Origin: an uncultured Spirochaetota bacterium
Lineage (GTDB): Bacteria; Spirochaetota; Spirochaetia; SZUA-6; Fen-1364
Length of the DNA: 64,000 nt
NCBI GenBank assembly: GCA_963820525.1
Contig: CAWGAA010000002.1
Location: forward strand, 96,001 to 160,000
Direction of reading: 5' to 3'
The notes under the pieces were generated by a model that worked only from the letters and a program-made list of their open reading frames with translations, did not search any database and had not been told where the DNA came from. The position numbers were made by a program, and so were the translations under genes. How positions within the stretch are numbered: position 1 is the stretch's first letter; each line of letters starts with the position of its first letter. Positions 1-10,061 of the stretch are shown piece by piece.

Positions 1-17
1 TACGGATATCCAGGGTC

Positions 18-1400
18 ATGAGCCTTTTTTTCATCATCTTGCAGTTTTTGTCGGTTTTCCAGATCTGGATTTCAATGCCGAAAAATCAGAGTTTTAGGCA
101 GCAGGAAGTCGATTCCAATACTCAATTTCTTTTTTCAAAACATGTGAATGTCATTGTTCTGGTTCTTGATACATTTCAATCGGATATTTTTCAGGATATT
201 GTCCAAGAAGATGCCGATCTAAAAGCTTCTTTTGACGGGTTTACCTATTTTCGCAACTCGCTAGCCGGTTCCGACGGAACAAGCGTTTCCATACCGAACA
301 TGCTTACCGGGAACAATTACGATAACGCAACACCTTACCTTGAGTTCGTAAAACAATCATTCCTTGGCAATTCATTACCGAAGACCTTGAAGGAATACAG
401 CTTTCGTATCGATTTATTCCCGATAATACCATATTCCGTGTATAATGATTTTTCCGGCATAGCATTACAAAGTAAAAGAATAATGAATTGGGACGCATTT
501 TTTAGAGAGCAGGCTTTTATTGCAGATTTGGCCTTGTTCCGTGATTTGCCGCATTTTATAAAAGAAATAATCTATAATCATCAGCGATGGTTTTTTTCCG
601 GCTTGCTGAAGCACCATCAAGATACGGAATCCGGCAAACAGGAATCTTCGGAAATTTCTAATGCCTACAATCTGAAATATTCAAAAGAATTTGTAAATTC
701 CAAAAAACTAATCAAAGAGAATCGGGACGCTAATTTCATTAATAGAATGATTCCAATGTCCGGGATTGTTGAGAATACGGATACCTTTAAACTTTATCAT
801 CTCAACGGGATTCACCTCCAATTGATAATGGATGAGAATCTGAAATATGAAGAGCTAAAGCCAACCAGGGCCAATATGAAGCGCCAGGGCGCCGGAATAC
901 TAAAAATAGCCGCGATGTTCCTTGAACGGCTTAAGCAGATGAAGGTTTATGACAATTCCCTGATTTTCATCATCGGGGACCATGGTTCCGGAATGTCGGA
1001 TGCCAACATAAATATTTCATCTTACAGCGCAAACTTCAATAAGCGCGGCCCTTATAAAGGTTTTTTCAAAAGCTTTAAAACCGCAGGTATTCCATTAATA
1101 CTCGTAAAAAGAATGGATTCAAAAGGCGAACTGAAGATATCGGATGCCCCTGTGTCTTTAGGCGACATACCTGAAACTGCAATCGAAGAGCTGGGACTCA
1201 AGGGAAAGTTTCCTGGAAAATCCATGTTCCGTGTGAAGGAAGATGAAAAGCGTGAAAGAATATATCGGGCATTTTTTGGCGAACAGGAAAATGTTGAATA
1301 CCTTGCCCCCCTGTATGAATATTCCGTCAATGGATTCAGTTGGGATGATACCAGCTGGCAGGAGACTGGAAATATTTATTACGCAAAAAAGAATAAATAG
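18..1400 (+). CDS. Sulfatase-like / alkaline phosphatase superfamily membrane-anchored hydrolase or transferase (may be 5'-partial)
   Basis: NVIVLVLDTFQSD, GTSVSIP (Thr nucleophile position), HLNGIH and DNSLIFIIGDHG motifs after a hydrophobic N-terminus; visibly AT-rich. Confidence 0.75.
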   Translation: MSLFFIILQFLSVFQIWISMPKNQSFRQQEVDSNTQFLFSKHVNVIVLVLDTFQSDIFQDIVQEDADLKASFDGFTYFRNSLAGSDGTSVSIPNMLTGNNYDNATPYLEFVKQSFLGNSLPKTLKEYSFRIDLFPIIPYSVYNDFSGIALQSKRIMNWDAFFREQAFIADLALFRDLPHFIKEIIYNHQRWFFSGLLKHHQDTESGKQESSEISNAYNLKYSKEFVNSKKLIKENRDANFINRMIPMSGIVENTDTFKLYHLNGIHLQLIMDENLKYEELKPTRANMKRQGAGILKIAAMFLERLKQMKVYDNSLIFIIGDHGSGMSDANINISSYSANFNKRGPYKGFFKSFKTAGIPLILVKRMDSKGELKISDAPVSLGDIPETAIEELGLKGKFPGKSMFRVKEDEKRERIYRAFFGEQENVEYLAPLYEYSVNGFSWDDTSWQETGNIYYAKKNK

Positions 1401-1447
1401 CTTTGGCGACCGGGATTATCGGGCGGTCCCCGGAGCACACGGGACTC

Positions 1448-2827
1448 CTACGAAATTCGTTTGCCCCTGAAGAGGACTCTCAGGGAAGAGTCGACGCTGT
1501 TTCTTTCTTCGATAACAAAGTGCTTCTTGAGCGCGGCGGTGAATCCTTCTTCGCAATATTCCGGGAAGATGTCTTTTCTCAAGGAGAGCATTTCTTGGAC
1601 CTGTGAATCCTCTTTCGGGACAAACTCCACTATGAGCTCTTTCCCAAGCCTCTCAAAGCATTTCGCCACCTGCGGGAGAGGGACATTACCTCCTATGGCG
1701 AGATGGTGGACGAGGGCGAGGGCCAGAACGGTTGAGTCTCTCCCCGCTCGCTCGAAAAAAGAACGTCGTTCACCGTTCAACCACCCTAGGGACGAAGAGG
1801 GGTTCATCACGTCGATCAGTAAAGGCAGGACATTCTTTTCGGACCCATTCTTTACCTGAAGATAGTTCTTCTCCACGCCCGCCGGATCGATGTCGCACGA
1901 GATGACAAATCGACCGCTCTCCGCCGCGATCCTGGAGAATGTCCCATCGTTCGCGCCTAAATCTATGACAGCTCTCGTATCGCGAGCATCGAGAAACCGG
2001 CGTACGAGACGCTTCTTTGCATCGAACGCGGATCCTGAGTAGTTCGTCTTGTCATAATAGTCCGCCCATGGTGTGTCGGCCGGTTTCCATGACAGTTTCT
2101 CAACTGTCGTTTTCAGGCTGTCGATGAGGGCGCGCATCGCCGTTTTTGAGAAAGAGCCGCGTTTTGGAGGGATGCCACGGGATTCATTCCGGCTGACGGT
2201 CCCCGCATGCGCATGAATGTGAATGGCGAGCCCTAAGGAGAAGCGGGTTTTCTTGGGAAGCAGACGAGCCGCGATGTCGACGGGGATTCCGTCAAGATAG
2301 GTCTTCAGGAGCGCGGAAAGATGGATGTCGACGTGCGCCATGAGAGCAAGAGGGGCAAGGAAATGCCTGCAAAACTGACCATACGCCACCCAGGGCTGGT
2401 TTTCAAGGTATCGTTCGAAGGACAGAGAGTCCATGAGTATGGGATTTCCGTCGAGATACTGTATGTTATACGCCGAAGCGTCTTTCAGCGACATTCCGTA
2501 TTGGAGAGCGAGTTCCTGAATCTCAAGAGTCTTTATTGCGGCATCTTTGAGCATGCCGAATGACCATTCGTAAGGATAGCTGATGAATGGAATCTGTTCC
2601 GGTTTGAGTATCTTGTATGCTTCATCGGGGAGTGGAGCTTTTTGCGTTACCTCCTCATGAGAGACAAGCAACTTCCTTTTCGAAAGCTCGCCATATAACC
2701 CAGAGCGCAGAAACAGGTCATACTCTTCCCGATACGCATGATTGACTTGACGATAGAACGCTCCATTCTGCTGGAAAACGAATCCGGAAGGATCCTTGAA
2801 GGAAGCACCGTCAGCCTCGCGCGTCAT
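1448..2827 (-). CDS. NoeA-like protein: N-terminal kinase-like domain plus C-terminal class I SAM methyltransferase
   Basis: SFKDPSGFV, ISYPYEWSF, LKDASAYN in the N-half; VIDLGANDG SAM motif I and LALVHHL in the C-half. Confidence 0.75.
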   Translation of the reverse strand: MTREADGASFKDPSGFVFQQNGAFYRQVNHAYREEYDLFLRSGLYGELSKRKLLVSHEEVTQKAPLPDEAYKILKPEQIPFISYPYEWSFGMLKDAAIKTLEIQELALQYGMSLKDASAYNIQYLDGNPILMDSLSFERYLENQPWVAYGQFCRHFLAPLALMAHVDIHLSALLKTYLDGIPVDIAARLLPKKTRFSLGLAIHIHAHAGTVSRNESRGIPPKRGSFSKTAMRALIDSLKTTVEKLSWKPADTPWADYYDKTNYSGSAFDAKKRLVRRFLDARDTRAVIDLGANDGTFSRIAAESGRFVISCDIDPAGVEKNYLQVKNGSEKNVLPLLIDVMNPSSSLGWLNGERRSFFERAGRDSTVLALALVHHLAIGGNVPLPQVAKCFERLGKELIVEFVPKEDSQVQEMLSLRKDIFPEYCEEGFTAALKKHFVIEERNSVDSSLRVLFRGKRIS

Positions 2828-3032
2828 TCTTGGCTGCTCCTTTTCCTTTACGCTTGTTCTTGAGAAAGGCGATCACCCTTCGCCACTGCGTTTTGACGAT
2901 AAACCCGAAAGCCAGGACTCCCGCGATCAGCAGCTGTACCGCATACGATCCCATGCCGGGATCTATGTACGCAAAGAGAGAAACCGATGAAAACAAAAAG
3001 AAACAGATCACCAACATCAGTTTTGCGCGCAT
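2811..3032 (-). CDS. Small membrane protein with AYIDPGxGS motif
   Basis: AGGAGG RBS before ATG 3032; signal-like segment, AYIDPGMGSY, TM helix, basic tail; overlaps the methyltransferase start. Confidence 0.75.
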   Translation of the reverse strand: MRAKLMLVICFFLFSSVSLFAYIDPGMGSYAVQLLIAGVLAFGFIVKTQWRRVIAFLKNKRKGKGAAKNDARG

Positions 3033-3133
3033 GCGACTAGTCCTCCTGCCCGTGGAGTAGGTACTCAGTTTTAAAAGAGATCCGAATTGTAGCTCACTTT
3101 CGTTGTGAGTGTCCATTAATTACTGATCACTTT

Positions 3134-3258
3134 TTGCTGACGCTCCAATCCTACGACGGGGCTGACGGCGAGGCCGCGCTGAAGATAGCCCGCCAGACCG
3201 CGATCGGCCTGTTCCTGGTGGATTGGAACATGCCGAGCCACCCGCGGGCATCCAGGGC
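3134..3258 (+). pseudogene. Fragment of a CheY-like receiver domain
   Basis: ADGEAALKIARQTAIGLFLVDWNMP matches receiver alpha2-beta3 with the phospho-Asp; no N- or C-terminal parts. Confidence 0.55.
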
Positions 3259-5178
3259 TCACATCCCGCCGGCAAGGTTGAGAAGCCCGCCGGCAGCCAA
3301 AATCCTCCTGTCTCTCTCCGAGGCGGCGAGCCGCGCCTTCATTTGCTTCTCGCCGGCGATGAACGGGATCTCGCTCTCACCCGATGCAATAGCCGCGCGG
3401 ATGCCGGGGAAGCTCAGGGTGTCGCCCTGAGACAGGGAGTCGTAGGCCTCGGGATCGGCGAACTCAAGCGGAATTATCCCGAAGTTGATGAGGTTGGCCT
3501 TGTGGATGCGGGCGAAGCTCTTCACCAGCTTGAGGCGCACTCCGAGGAAGCGCGGGGCGATGGCCGCGTGCTCCCGAGAAGATCCCTGCCCGTAGTTCTC
3601 GCCGCCCACCACGAGCCCCCCGCCCCATTGCCGTGCGCGCTTGGCGAACTGCTCGTCGACAACGTCGAACACGAAGGCGGATATCGCGGGAATGTTGCTC
3701 CTGAAGGGCAGCACGCGGTTTCCCGCCGGCATGATGATGTCGGTGCTCGTGTTGTCTCCGACCTTGATGAGCACGCGAAGCTCCAGGTCCTCCTCCAGGG
3801 GGCCGAAGGCGGGGAAGGGCTGAATGTTGGGGCCGCGGATAATCTGCACCTTTTCCCCGTCTTCCGCGGGTTGGATGAACCACTGGGGATTGAAGGAATA
3901 CCGGGCGGGATATGAGACGGTGGGGTACCGGCCGAGGGTTCTCGGATCCGTGATCCTTCCCGACAGCGCCGAGGCCGCGGCGGTCTCCGGAGAGCAGAGG
4001 TAGACGGCGTCGTTCTTGGTCCCGCTCCTGTCCTTGTAGTTTCGGGGAAAGGTGCGCAGGCTGTTGATGCCCGTGGCGGGAGCCTGGCCGATTCCGATGC
4101 ACCCCAGGCAGCCCGTCTCGTGGATCCGTGCCCCCGCTTCGATGAGGGGGACGAGACCCCCCATCTCCGCGACGTTTCGAAGGGTCTGCCTGCTCCCCGG
4201 GTTGATTTCGAAGCTCACCTCGGGGTGCCTGATTTTTCCCGCCACCGCCTTGGAGACCATCATGATATCGCGGTACGACCCGTTCGTGCACGCGCCCACG
4301 ATGACCTGGTGCACGGGCACCCCGGAAAGCTCCTCCGCCGTCTTCACGTTGTCGGGATTGGAAGGGCAGGCTACAAGGGGCACGATGGAGGAGAGGTCGA
4401 TCTCGGTGAGCTCGTCGTACTCGGCTTCCGCCGATGCGGCAAGCTCACGCCAGGCCCTCTCGCGGCCGTTCATCCTGAGGTAGTGCCGCGTAACCTCGTC
4501 GGAAGGAAAGACGGCGGCCGTGGCCCCCATGTCCACGCACATGTTCGCGATGGTGGCCCGGGCGCTCATGTCGAGGGCGGCCACGCCGGGCCCGAAGAAC
4601 TCCAGGACCTTGCCCGTTCCGCCCTTGCAGGTGAACCTGCGCAGAAGCTCCAGGATCACGTCCTTGCCCGAAACCCACGGCCCCAGGGATCCCGTGAGCC
4701 TGATCCCCCAGACCTTCGGAGCCGAGATGTAATAGGGCTTTCCCGCCATGGCCATGGCGATCTCCAGGCCCCCGGCCCCCATTGCGAGCATGCCGAGAGA
4801 GCCCCCCGTCGTCGTATGGCTGTCGGAGCCCAGCAGGGTCTTGCCCGGCTCACCGAACCTCTGGCGGTGCACGTGGTGGGAGATGCCGTTTCCCGGAGGC
4901 GACAGCACCACGCCGTAGCGCGCCGCGCTGGACTGGAGGAAGCGGTGGTCGTCAGCGTTCTTGAAGTCGGTCTGGATGATGTTGTGGTCCACGTAGCTTA
5001 CCGACAGCTCGGTCTTCACCCTCCCGATCCCCATGGATTCGTATTCCAGGTACACCATCGTTCCCGTGGCATCCTGCGTGAGGGTCTGGTCGACGCGAAG
5101 GCCGATCTCCCCGCCGGGGACGAGCCTGCCTTCGACAATATGATCGCGGATGAGCCGCTCCGTCAGTGTGCCCTTCAT
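3259..5178 (-). CDS. Aconitate hydratase (~640 aa type)
   Basis: LTQDATGT, DHN, GSDSHT, IVGACTNGS, GCLGCIG, NYGQGSSREHAA; start MKGTLTE at 5178. Confidence 0.92.
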   Translation of the reverse strand: MKGTLTERLIRDHIVEGRLVPGGEIGLRVDQTLTQDATGTMVYLEYESMGIGRVKTELSVSYVDHNIIQTDFKNADDHRFLQSSAARYGVVLSPPGNGISHHVHRQRFGEPGKTLLGSDSHTTTGGSLGMLAMGAGGLEIAMAMAGKPYYISAPKVWGIRLTGSLGPWVSGKDVILELLRRFTCKGGTGKVLEFFGPGVAALDMSARATIANMCVDMGATAAVFPSDEVTRHYLRMNGRERAWRELAASAEAEYDELTEIDLSSIVPLVACPSNPDNVKTAEELSGVPVHQVIVGACTNGSYRDIMMVSKAVAGKIRHPEVSFEINPGSRQTLRNVAEMGGLVPLIEAGARIHETGCLGCIGIGQAPATGINSLRTFPRNYKDRSGTKNDAVYLCSPETAAASALSGRITDPRTLGRYPTVSYPARYSFNPQWFIQPAEDGEKVQIIRGPNIQPFPAFGPLEEDLELRVLIKVGDNTSTDIIMPAGNRVLPFRSNIPAISAFVFDVVDEQFAKRARQWGGGLVVGGENYGQGSSREHAAIAPRFLGVRLKLVKSFARIHKANLINFGIIPLEFADPEAYDSLSQGDTLSFPGIRAAIASGESEIPFIAGEKQMKARLAASERDRRILAAGGLLNLAGGM

Positions 5179-5319
5179 TCTCGCTTTCCTCTCCTTGCGC
5201 CGGCGCCGATTTTTTCTACCACAGGCGGGGCTGCTGGGCAAGGGCGCGATCTCCCGTCCCCGCGTATTGTCAACGATAGGTAATTGCTCTATCATTGACT
5301 CGAAGAGAGAAGGGGAGAA

Positions 5320-5940
5320 ATGCTCGTTCCTGCTGAAGTGTGGACTGTAGCGAAAGCCGAACAGGGCAACGCCGTGCTCGTCAGGCCGCTCGGTCTTGAC
5401 GTTGCCGTGCCGATATTCATCGCCCCTCTCGAAGCCCAGTCGATCCTGATCGGCTTGGGCAATGTGAAAATGCCGCGGCCGCTCACCCATGACCTTTTCA
5501 TCACGGCCCTCGAGAATCTCGAGGCGTCGATAAACCGCGTCGAGATAACGGCCCTGAAGGACGGCACCTATTACGCGAAGCTCATCCTGGAGTCTTCGGG
5601 CTCCGAGGTTGCCATAGACGCCCGGCCCTCCGATTGCCTGGCCCTCGCCGTCCGGGTGAAATGCCCCATCTACATCGACGAGGCCGTCGTCGACGAGGCC
5701 GGCATCTCCGTCAAGATGGTGGAAGAGAAGAACAAGGAGCTGAAGAGCGAGGAGAGCGCCGAAACCGCGGAGACCGAGGAAGCGGTGGAGGAAGCCCCCC
5801 AGCTCCCCGAGGTTTCTCCCCTGGCCCACGAGACCGAAATGGCCAACCTCAAGAAGCTCCTGGAAGTCGCCATCGAAGAGGAGAACTACGAGGAGGCCGC
5901 GCGCCTGCGCGACAAGATCAGGGAGCTGGAGAGCACCTGA
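5320..5940 (+). CDS. Bifunctional nuclease family (DUF151) protein with C-terminal UVR motif
   Basis: PRPLTHDL, IDARPSDCLALA; ENYEEAARLRDKI. Confidence 0.9.
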   Translation: MLVPAEVWTVAKAEQGNAVLVRPLGLDVAVPIFIAPLEAQSILIGLGNVKMPRPLTHDLFITALENLEASINRVEITALKDGTYYAKLILESSGSEVAIDARPSDCLALAVRVKCPIYIDEAVVDEAGISVKMVEEKNKELKSEESAETAETEEAVEEAPQLPEVSPLAHETEMANLKKLLEVAIEEENYEEAARLRDKIRELEST

Positions 5941-5947
5941 GCGGGCG

Positions 5948-6898
5948 ATGCCGTTCACGCTGAATCCCTATACCGCATGCATTCTCTGTCCCAGGATGTG
6001 CGCCGCCGACAGGATCGCGGGAAAGAAGGGTTTCTGCCGGGAAGGCAGCGAGATCCGCGCCTCATGCGCCCTGCTCCATTTCGGCGAGGAGCCCCCCATC
6101 ACGGGAGAAGGCGGCTCGGGAGCGGTGTTTTTCACCGGCTGCACGCTTCAGTGCGGGTTCTGCCAGAACTGGCAGGTGAGCAGGGACGGGATCGGCGCCG
6201 CGCTCACGCCTCCCGAGCTTGCGGGGATCTTCCTCGACCTTCAATATGCGGGGGCAGAGAACATCAACGTGGTCACGGGCACCCACTTCGCGCCGGGCAT
6301 CCTCGACGCTTTTGCTCTTGCCCGTGGAAGCGGCCTTTCGATTCCACTGGTGTGGAACTCATCAGGGTATGAGACCCTCGAGACGGTGCGGCTTCTCGCC
6401 CCGCACGTTCGGTTCTTTCTCCCCGATCTGAAGACCCTCGACCCCCGGCTCTCCAGCCGCTGGTTTCACGCCTCCGACTATCCCGAGTGCGCCACACAAG
6501 CGGTGCTTGCAATGGCAGAAGCCGTACCACTCGTTCAGAACTGCGGCACCCCGGCGCGGGGGGTGATCCTTCGCCACCTGGTTCTGCCCGGCAACCTGGA
6601 AGATACCCGGGCCGTGCTCGAGTGGTTCAAGGAGAACCTCGACGGCAGGGCGCTGATCTCCCTGATGTTCCAGTACACTCCGATTCCCTCACAGAAGCCT
6701 GAAGCCCCTTTCGACAGGATGGTCGACGAGAGGGAATACGAGCAGGCCGTGGGAATGCTGGAGGAGCTGGGCATCGAGGACGGGTACGTCCAGGAGCCGG
6801 AGTCCGATTCCGAGTGGCTGCCTGATTTCTCGGACCAGCGCCCCTTTCCCTCTGAAAAGTCGCGCGTGGCGTGGCATTACTTGGGCGGCCGGAGGTAG
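5948..6898 (+). CDS. Radical SAM protein, PflX-like
   Basis: CILCPRMC, HFGEEPPI, GCTLQCGFCQN, LRHLVLPG. Confidence 0.85.
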   Translation: MPFTLNPYTACILCPRMCAADRIAGKKGFCREGSEIRASCALLHFGEEPPITGEGGSGAVFFTGCTLQCGFCQNWQVSRDGIGAALTPPELAGIFLDLQYAGAENINVVTGTHFAPGILDAFALARGSGLSIPLVWNSSGYETLETVRLLAPHVRFFLPDLKTLDPRLSSRWFHASDYPECATQAVLAMAEAVPLVQNCGTPARGVILRHLVLPGNLEDTRAVLEWFKENLDGRALISLMFQYTPIPSQKPEAPFDRMVDEREYEQAVGMLEELGIEDGYVQEPESDSEWLPDFSDQRPFPSEKSRVAWHYLGGRR

Positions 6899-6993
6899 CT
6901 CGATCATTTTTCGGCCAGCCTGGGGCCGGCCGTGCCCTTTCAGGTGCGCTGCAGACTGGCCGCGCCCCTCTCATCCGCGCAGCGATTCCCCCC

Positions 6994-7821
6994 TCACTCG
7001 GGGCCTATCGTGGTCCCTCTGTAGCTTTTTCCTTCAAGGATGGCCGTGAGGTTCTCCAGGTCGCGGCCTTCGGCCACTATGACGCGGATATGGGCCTCCT
7101 CGGCCGCGCGGGCGGCCACGGGATCGAAGGGGGCGTTCTTGCCCGGCACCCATTCCCCGCCGACGATCTTCTTGAACTCGCCCCACGAGATTTTGTCCAG
7201 CGGCTTTGCCGCAGGGTTCTTCCTCGGATCATCCGAATAGACGCGCGGCACATTGGAGAGGTTCACCACCGTATCCGCGGAGAAGCGCTGGGCAAGAACG
7301 ACGGCGTCGTAATCCGTGGAGAATCCCGGCTTCCACCCCGCGGCAACCATGACGCGACCCGCGAAGACCGCCACCGCCGTGGGGTCCGTCACCAGGTCCT
7401 CAAGGCACCACTGCCTGAATATCCGCCTCACAAGCTCGCCGTTCACGCGTGTGGCGGCGATGCCGATCCAGTCCAGCTCGTCGTTGGGGGCGGAACCCAC
7501 CACCTCGCGGTACGCGTTTTGATACTCCCGCGCCAAGCTTCCCCCGCCGCAGACCATGATGAGCTTGCGCTTCTCGTCGCGGGCGAGGTGCTCCACCGCG
7601 CATTTCCTGAATCCCGCCAGGAAGGATGCGTCGACGCGCGGGGCGGTGGCGGTGCCAGCGCCCGGCGACGCGGAGCCGGCGGTCGTGGTGGTTCCAGCGC
7701 CCGCTGACGCGGAGCCGGCGTTCGCGGCGGTCCCCGCGAGGGGAGAGCCCCCGGCGTCTCTGGCCGCCGGCGCGGGGGCGATGAGCGATCCGCCCAGAGA
7801 AATGACGGTTACGTTCGCCAT
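6994..7821 (-). CDS. pyrH: UMP kinase, archaeal/spirochaetal type, with low-complexity insertion
   Basis: VISLGGS, CGGGSLAREYQ, DWIGIAAT, WKPGFSTDYDA, PGKNAPFDP. Confidence 0.9.
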   Translation of the reverse strand: MANVTVISLGGSLIAPAPAARDAGGSPLAGTAANAGSASAGAGTTTTAGSASPGAGTATAPRVDASFLAGFRKCAVEHLARDEKRKLIMVCGGGSLAREYQNAYREVVGSAPNDELDWIGIAATRVNGELVRRIFRQWCLEDLVTDPTAVAVFAGRVMVAAGWKPGFSTDYDAVVLAQRFSADTVVNLSNVPRVYSDDPRKNPAAKPLDKISWGEFKKIVGGEWVPGKNAPFDPVAARAAEEAHIRVIVAEGRDLENLTAILEGKSYRGTTIGPE

Positions 7822-7827
7822 GGATCG

Positions 7828-7856
7828 ACTATAGATGATTTCTTCCGGGCATTCCA
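7828..7856 (-). promoter_or_regulatory. sigma70-like promoter, apparently leaderless pyrH
   Basis: TGGAAT-17-TATAGT-6 nt-ATG. Confidence 0.55.
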
Positions 7857-7999
7857 GCGCCGGAGCCTCGCCACCCTCCGTTCTCGGATCGATTTTGATA
7901 CTCGGGTTGACATCCCGAGGGCGCGGGATATAATGATAGGTACAATCAAACGTCGAATACGTCATTGAAGATCGTTCAGGATTGAAAAAGGAGCGTTCT

Positions 8000-10045
8000 A
8001 TGAAGTTGAAAGTCGGCGTCTTCGTCGTGCTCGTCCTGTTTCCAGCATTTCTTTGGTCCCAGTCGGTTGCCCCATTCTCCATCAGCGTCACGCCTTCAGC
8101 CCTCATTCCCATGGGCCCGCTGAACACGGACGGCAGCGCCCTCTATTCGATCGGCGGTTCTGCAACCATCGACGGGGACTTCATCGTCCCCGGCCTGCAG
8201 TTCCTCCTGGCTCGGGGAACCTTCGATTACTCCTACGTTCCCATCGCCGGAATCCAGTCTCAGCTCTCGATTCTCTCACTCGGGGTCGGACCCGGCGTGC
8301 GCTTCACGCTTTTCCCCCGTTTCGAGGTCAGGCTCGGCGGCTACGGCGGTTATTCGCTCCTGGTGCGGCCGACGCTTATCGGGTGGAACCCGTGCTTCGG
8401 GGCCGAGTTGTCGGCATCCTATGCGCTTGCGCAAAACTTCACGCTCGGGGCCGGCGCCTCCTACCGCTACGTTGTGAATACATTCAACGGCTTCGGCCTC
8501 TCGATAACCGCCTCCATCGGGTTCGGGCAGGGCCCCCAGAAGCCGAACATGAAGTTCAAATGGGATTTCGATCCGGTCTTCCCCGTCTTCTACAAGTACT
8601 ACGACGACCATGCGGCCGGCCGCCTCATCATGGAGAACGGCGAAAGCGGGACCATCAGGGGGGTGAAGGTGAGCTTCCTGGTCCCCCAATACATGGCCGG
8701 GCCCAAGGAATGCGCCTCTTTCAGCGAGATGCAGGCGGGGGAGAAGAAGGACGTGCCGATTTACGCCCTTTTCACGGACGCTATCATCGGGATCACGGAA
8801 GATACCAAGGTCAACGCGCGCTTTATGGTGGAGTACTCCTACATGGACGCGAGCCTCAACGGCGAAACCGACCTGTCGCTGCCCATCTTCAACCGCAATG
8901 CCATGAGCTGGGATGACGACCGCAAGGCAGCGGCGTTCGTGACCTCCAAGGATCCTTCGCTGCTGAAGTTCTCCAAGGCGGTGGCAAGCCAGGCGCGGGA
9001 CGGGAGCGCAGCCATCAATGCCAAGTTCCGCGAGGCGATGGGGTTGTTCCAGGCCCTCGGAGTCTACGGAGTACGTTATGTCTCGGATCCAGCCTCATCC
9101 TACGCTGTGAACTCGAAGAACAAGAGCGTCATCGACTATCTTCAATTTCCCACCCAGACCCTCACTTACAAGGCGGGAGACTGCGACGACCTTTCCATCC
9201 TCTACGCTGCCATGAACGAGGCCGTGGGCACGGAAACGGCGTTCATCACCATTCCCGGCCATATCTTTATCGCCTTCTGTCCCGACATCGATCCCAGCGA
9301 CATACGGACCAGCTTCGCGCGCCCGGACGACTTCATCGTGAAGAACGACAAGTCGTGGATTCCCATTGAGATCACCATGATCCAGGACGGTTTTCTTTCA
9401 GCCTGGAAAGCGGGAATCAAGGAGTGGCGGGAAGCGAACGACGCGGGCCAGGCGGGCTTCTTTCCCACCGAAGAGTCCTGGAAGCTGTACGGATCTGCCC
9501 CCTTCATCGGCGTGGAATCGATGTCCGAAGGCCTGAAGGCGGATGAGACGGTGAAGGCCTTCTCCCAGGAGCTCTCCCGATTCATCGAGGGGGAGATCAA
9601 GTCGCGGGAATCCGCGTTGAAAATCGAGATCGCGGCGAAAAAGAACGATCCGAGGCCGCTCAACAGCCTGGGCGTCCTCTATGCCCGTTACGGCCTCTAC
9701 GACAAGGCCGAAGCGGAGCTCTCGAAAGCGGCCAAGATGGACTATACCCCGGCGCTCGTGAACCTGGGGAATCTCGCCCTCCTTTCCCACGATCCGAGGA
9801 AAGCCCGCGCGTATCTGGAGCGCGCATATGAGAAGGAACCCAATAGCGTCGCCGTCATCGTGGGGCTGGCGAAGGTCCGCTACGAAGAAGAGAACGTCGA
9901 GGCCGTGCAGAGCCTCTACGATAAATTGAAGGCGCTCGACACGAAAACCGCCGTGAAGTTCTCGTACCTGGTCTCCAAGTCGAGCGAGCAAGCCCGCGCC
10001 TCCAGTGCCGATGCGGGCCCGGTTGTCTGGAGCGAGATCCAATAG
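8000..10045 (+). CDS. Exported protein: predicted OM beta-barrel + transglutaminase-like Cys domain + TPR
   Basis: Signal peptide; ~170 aa of alternating-aromatic beta strands; GDCDDLS...PGHIF...WIPIE; C-terminal TPRs (LNSLGVLYARYG, LVNLGNL). Confidence 0.7.
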   Translation: MKLKVGVFVVLVLFPAFLWSQSVAPFSISVTPSALIPMGPLNTDGSALYSIGGSATIDGDFIVPGLQFLLARGTFDYSYVPIAGIQSQLSILSLGVGPGVRFTLFPRFEVRLGGYGGYSLLVRPTLIGWNPCFGAELSASYALAQNFTLGAGASYRYVVNTFNGFGLSITASIGFGQGPQKPNMKFKWDFDPVFPVFYKYYDDHAAGRLIMENGESGTIRGVKVSFLVPQYMAGPKECASFSEMQAGEKKDVPIYALFTDAIIGITEDTKVNARFMVEYSYMDASLNGETDLSLPIFNRNAMSWDDDRKAAAFVTSKDPSLLKFSKAVASQARDGSAAINAKFREAMGLFQALGVYGVRYVSDPASSYAVNSKNKSVIDYLQFPTQTLTYKAGDCDDLSILYAAMNEAVGTETAFITIPGHIFIAFCPDIDPSDIRTSFARPDDFIVKNDKSWIPIEITMIQDGFLSAWKAGIKEWREANDAGQAGFFPTEESWKLYGSAPFIGVESMSEGLKADETVKAFSQELSRFIEGEIKSRESALKIEIAAKKNDPRPLNSLGVLYARYGLYDKAEAELSKAAKMDYTPALVNLGNLALLSHDPRKARAYLERAYEKEPNSVAVIVGLAKVRYEEENVEAVQSLYDKLKALDTKTAVKFSYLVSKSSEQARASSADAGPVVWSEIQ

Positions 10046-10061
10046 AAAAAGAGGCAGACAG

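Noticed and set aside
5179..5958. 260 aa N-terminal extension of the aconitase ORF (899 aa)
   Set aside because: It is the antisense shadow of the DUF151 gene; aconitase similarity begins at MKGTLTE (5178).
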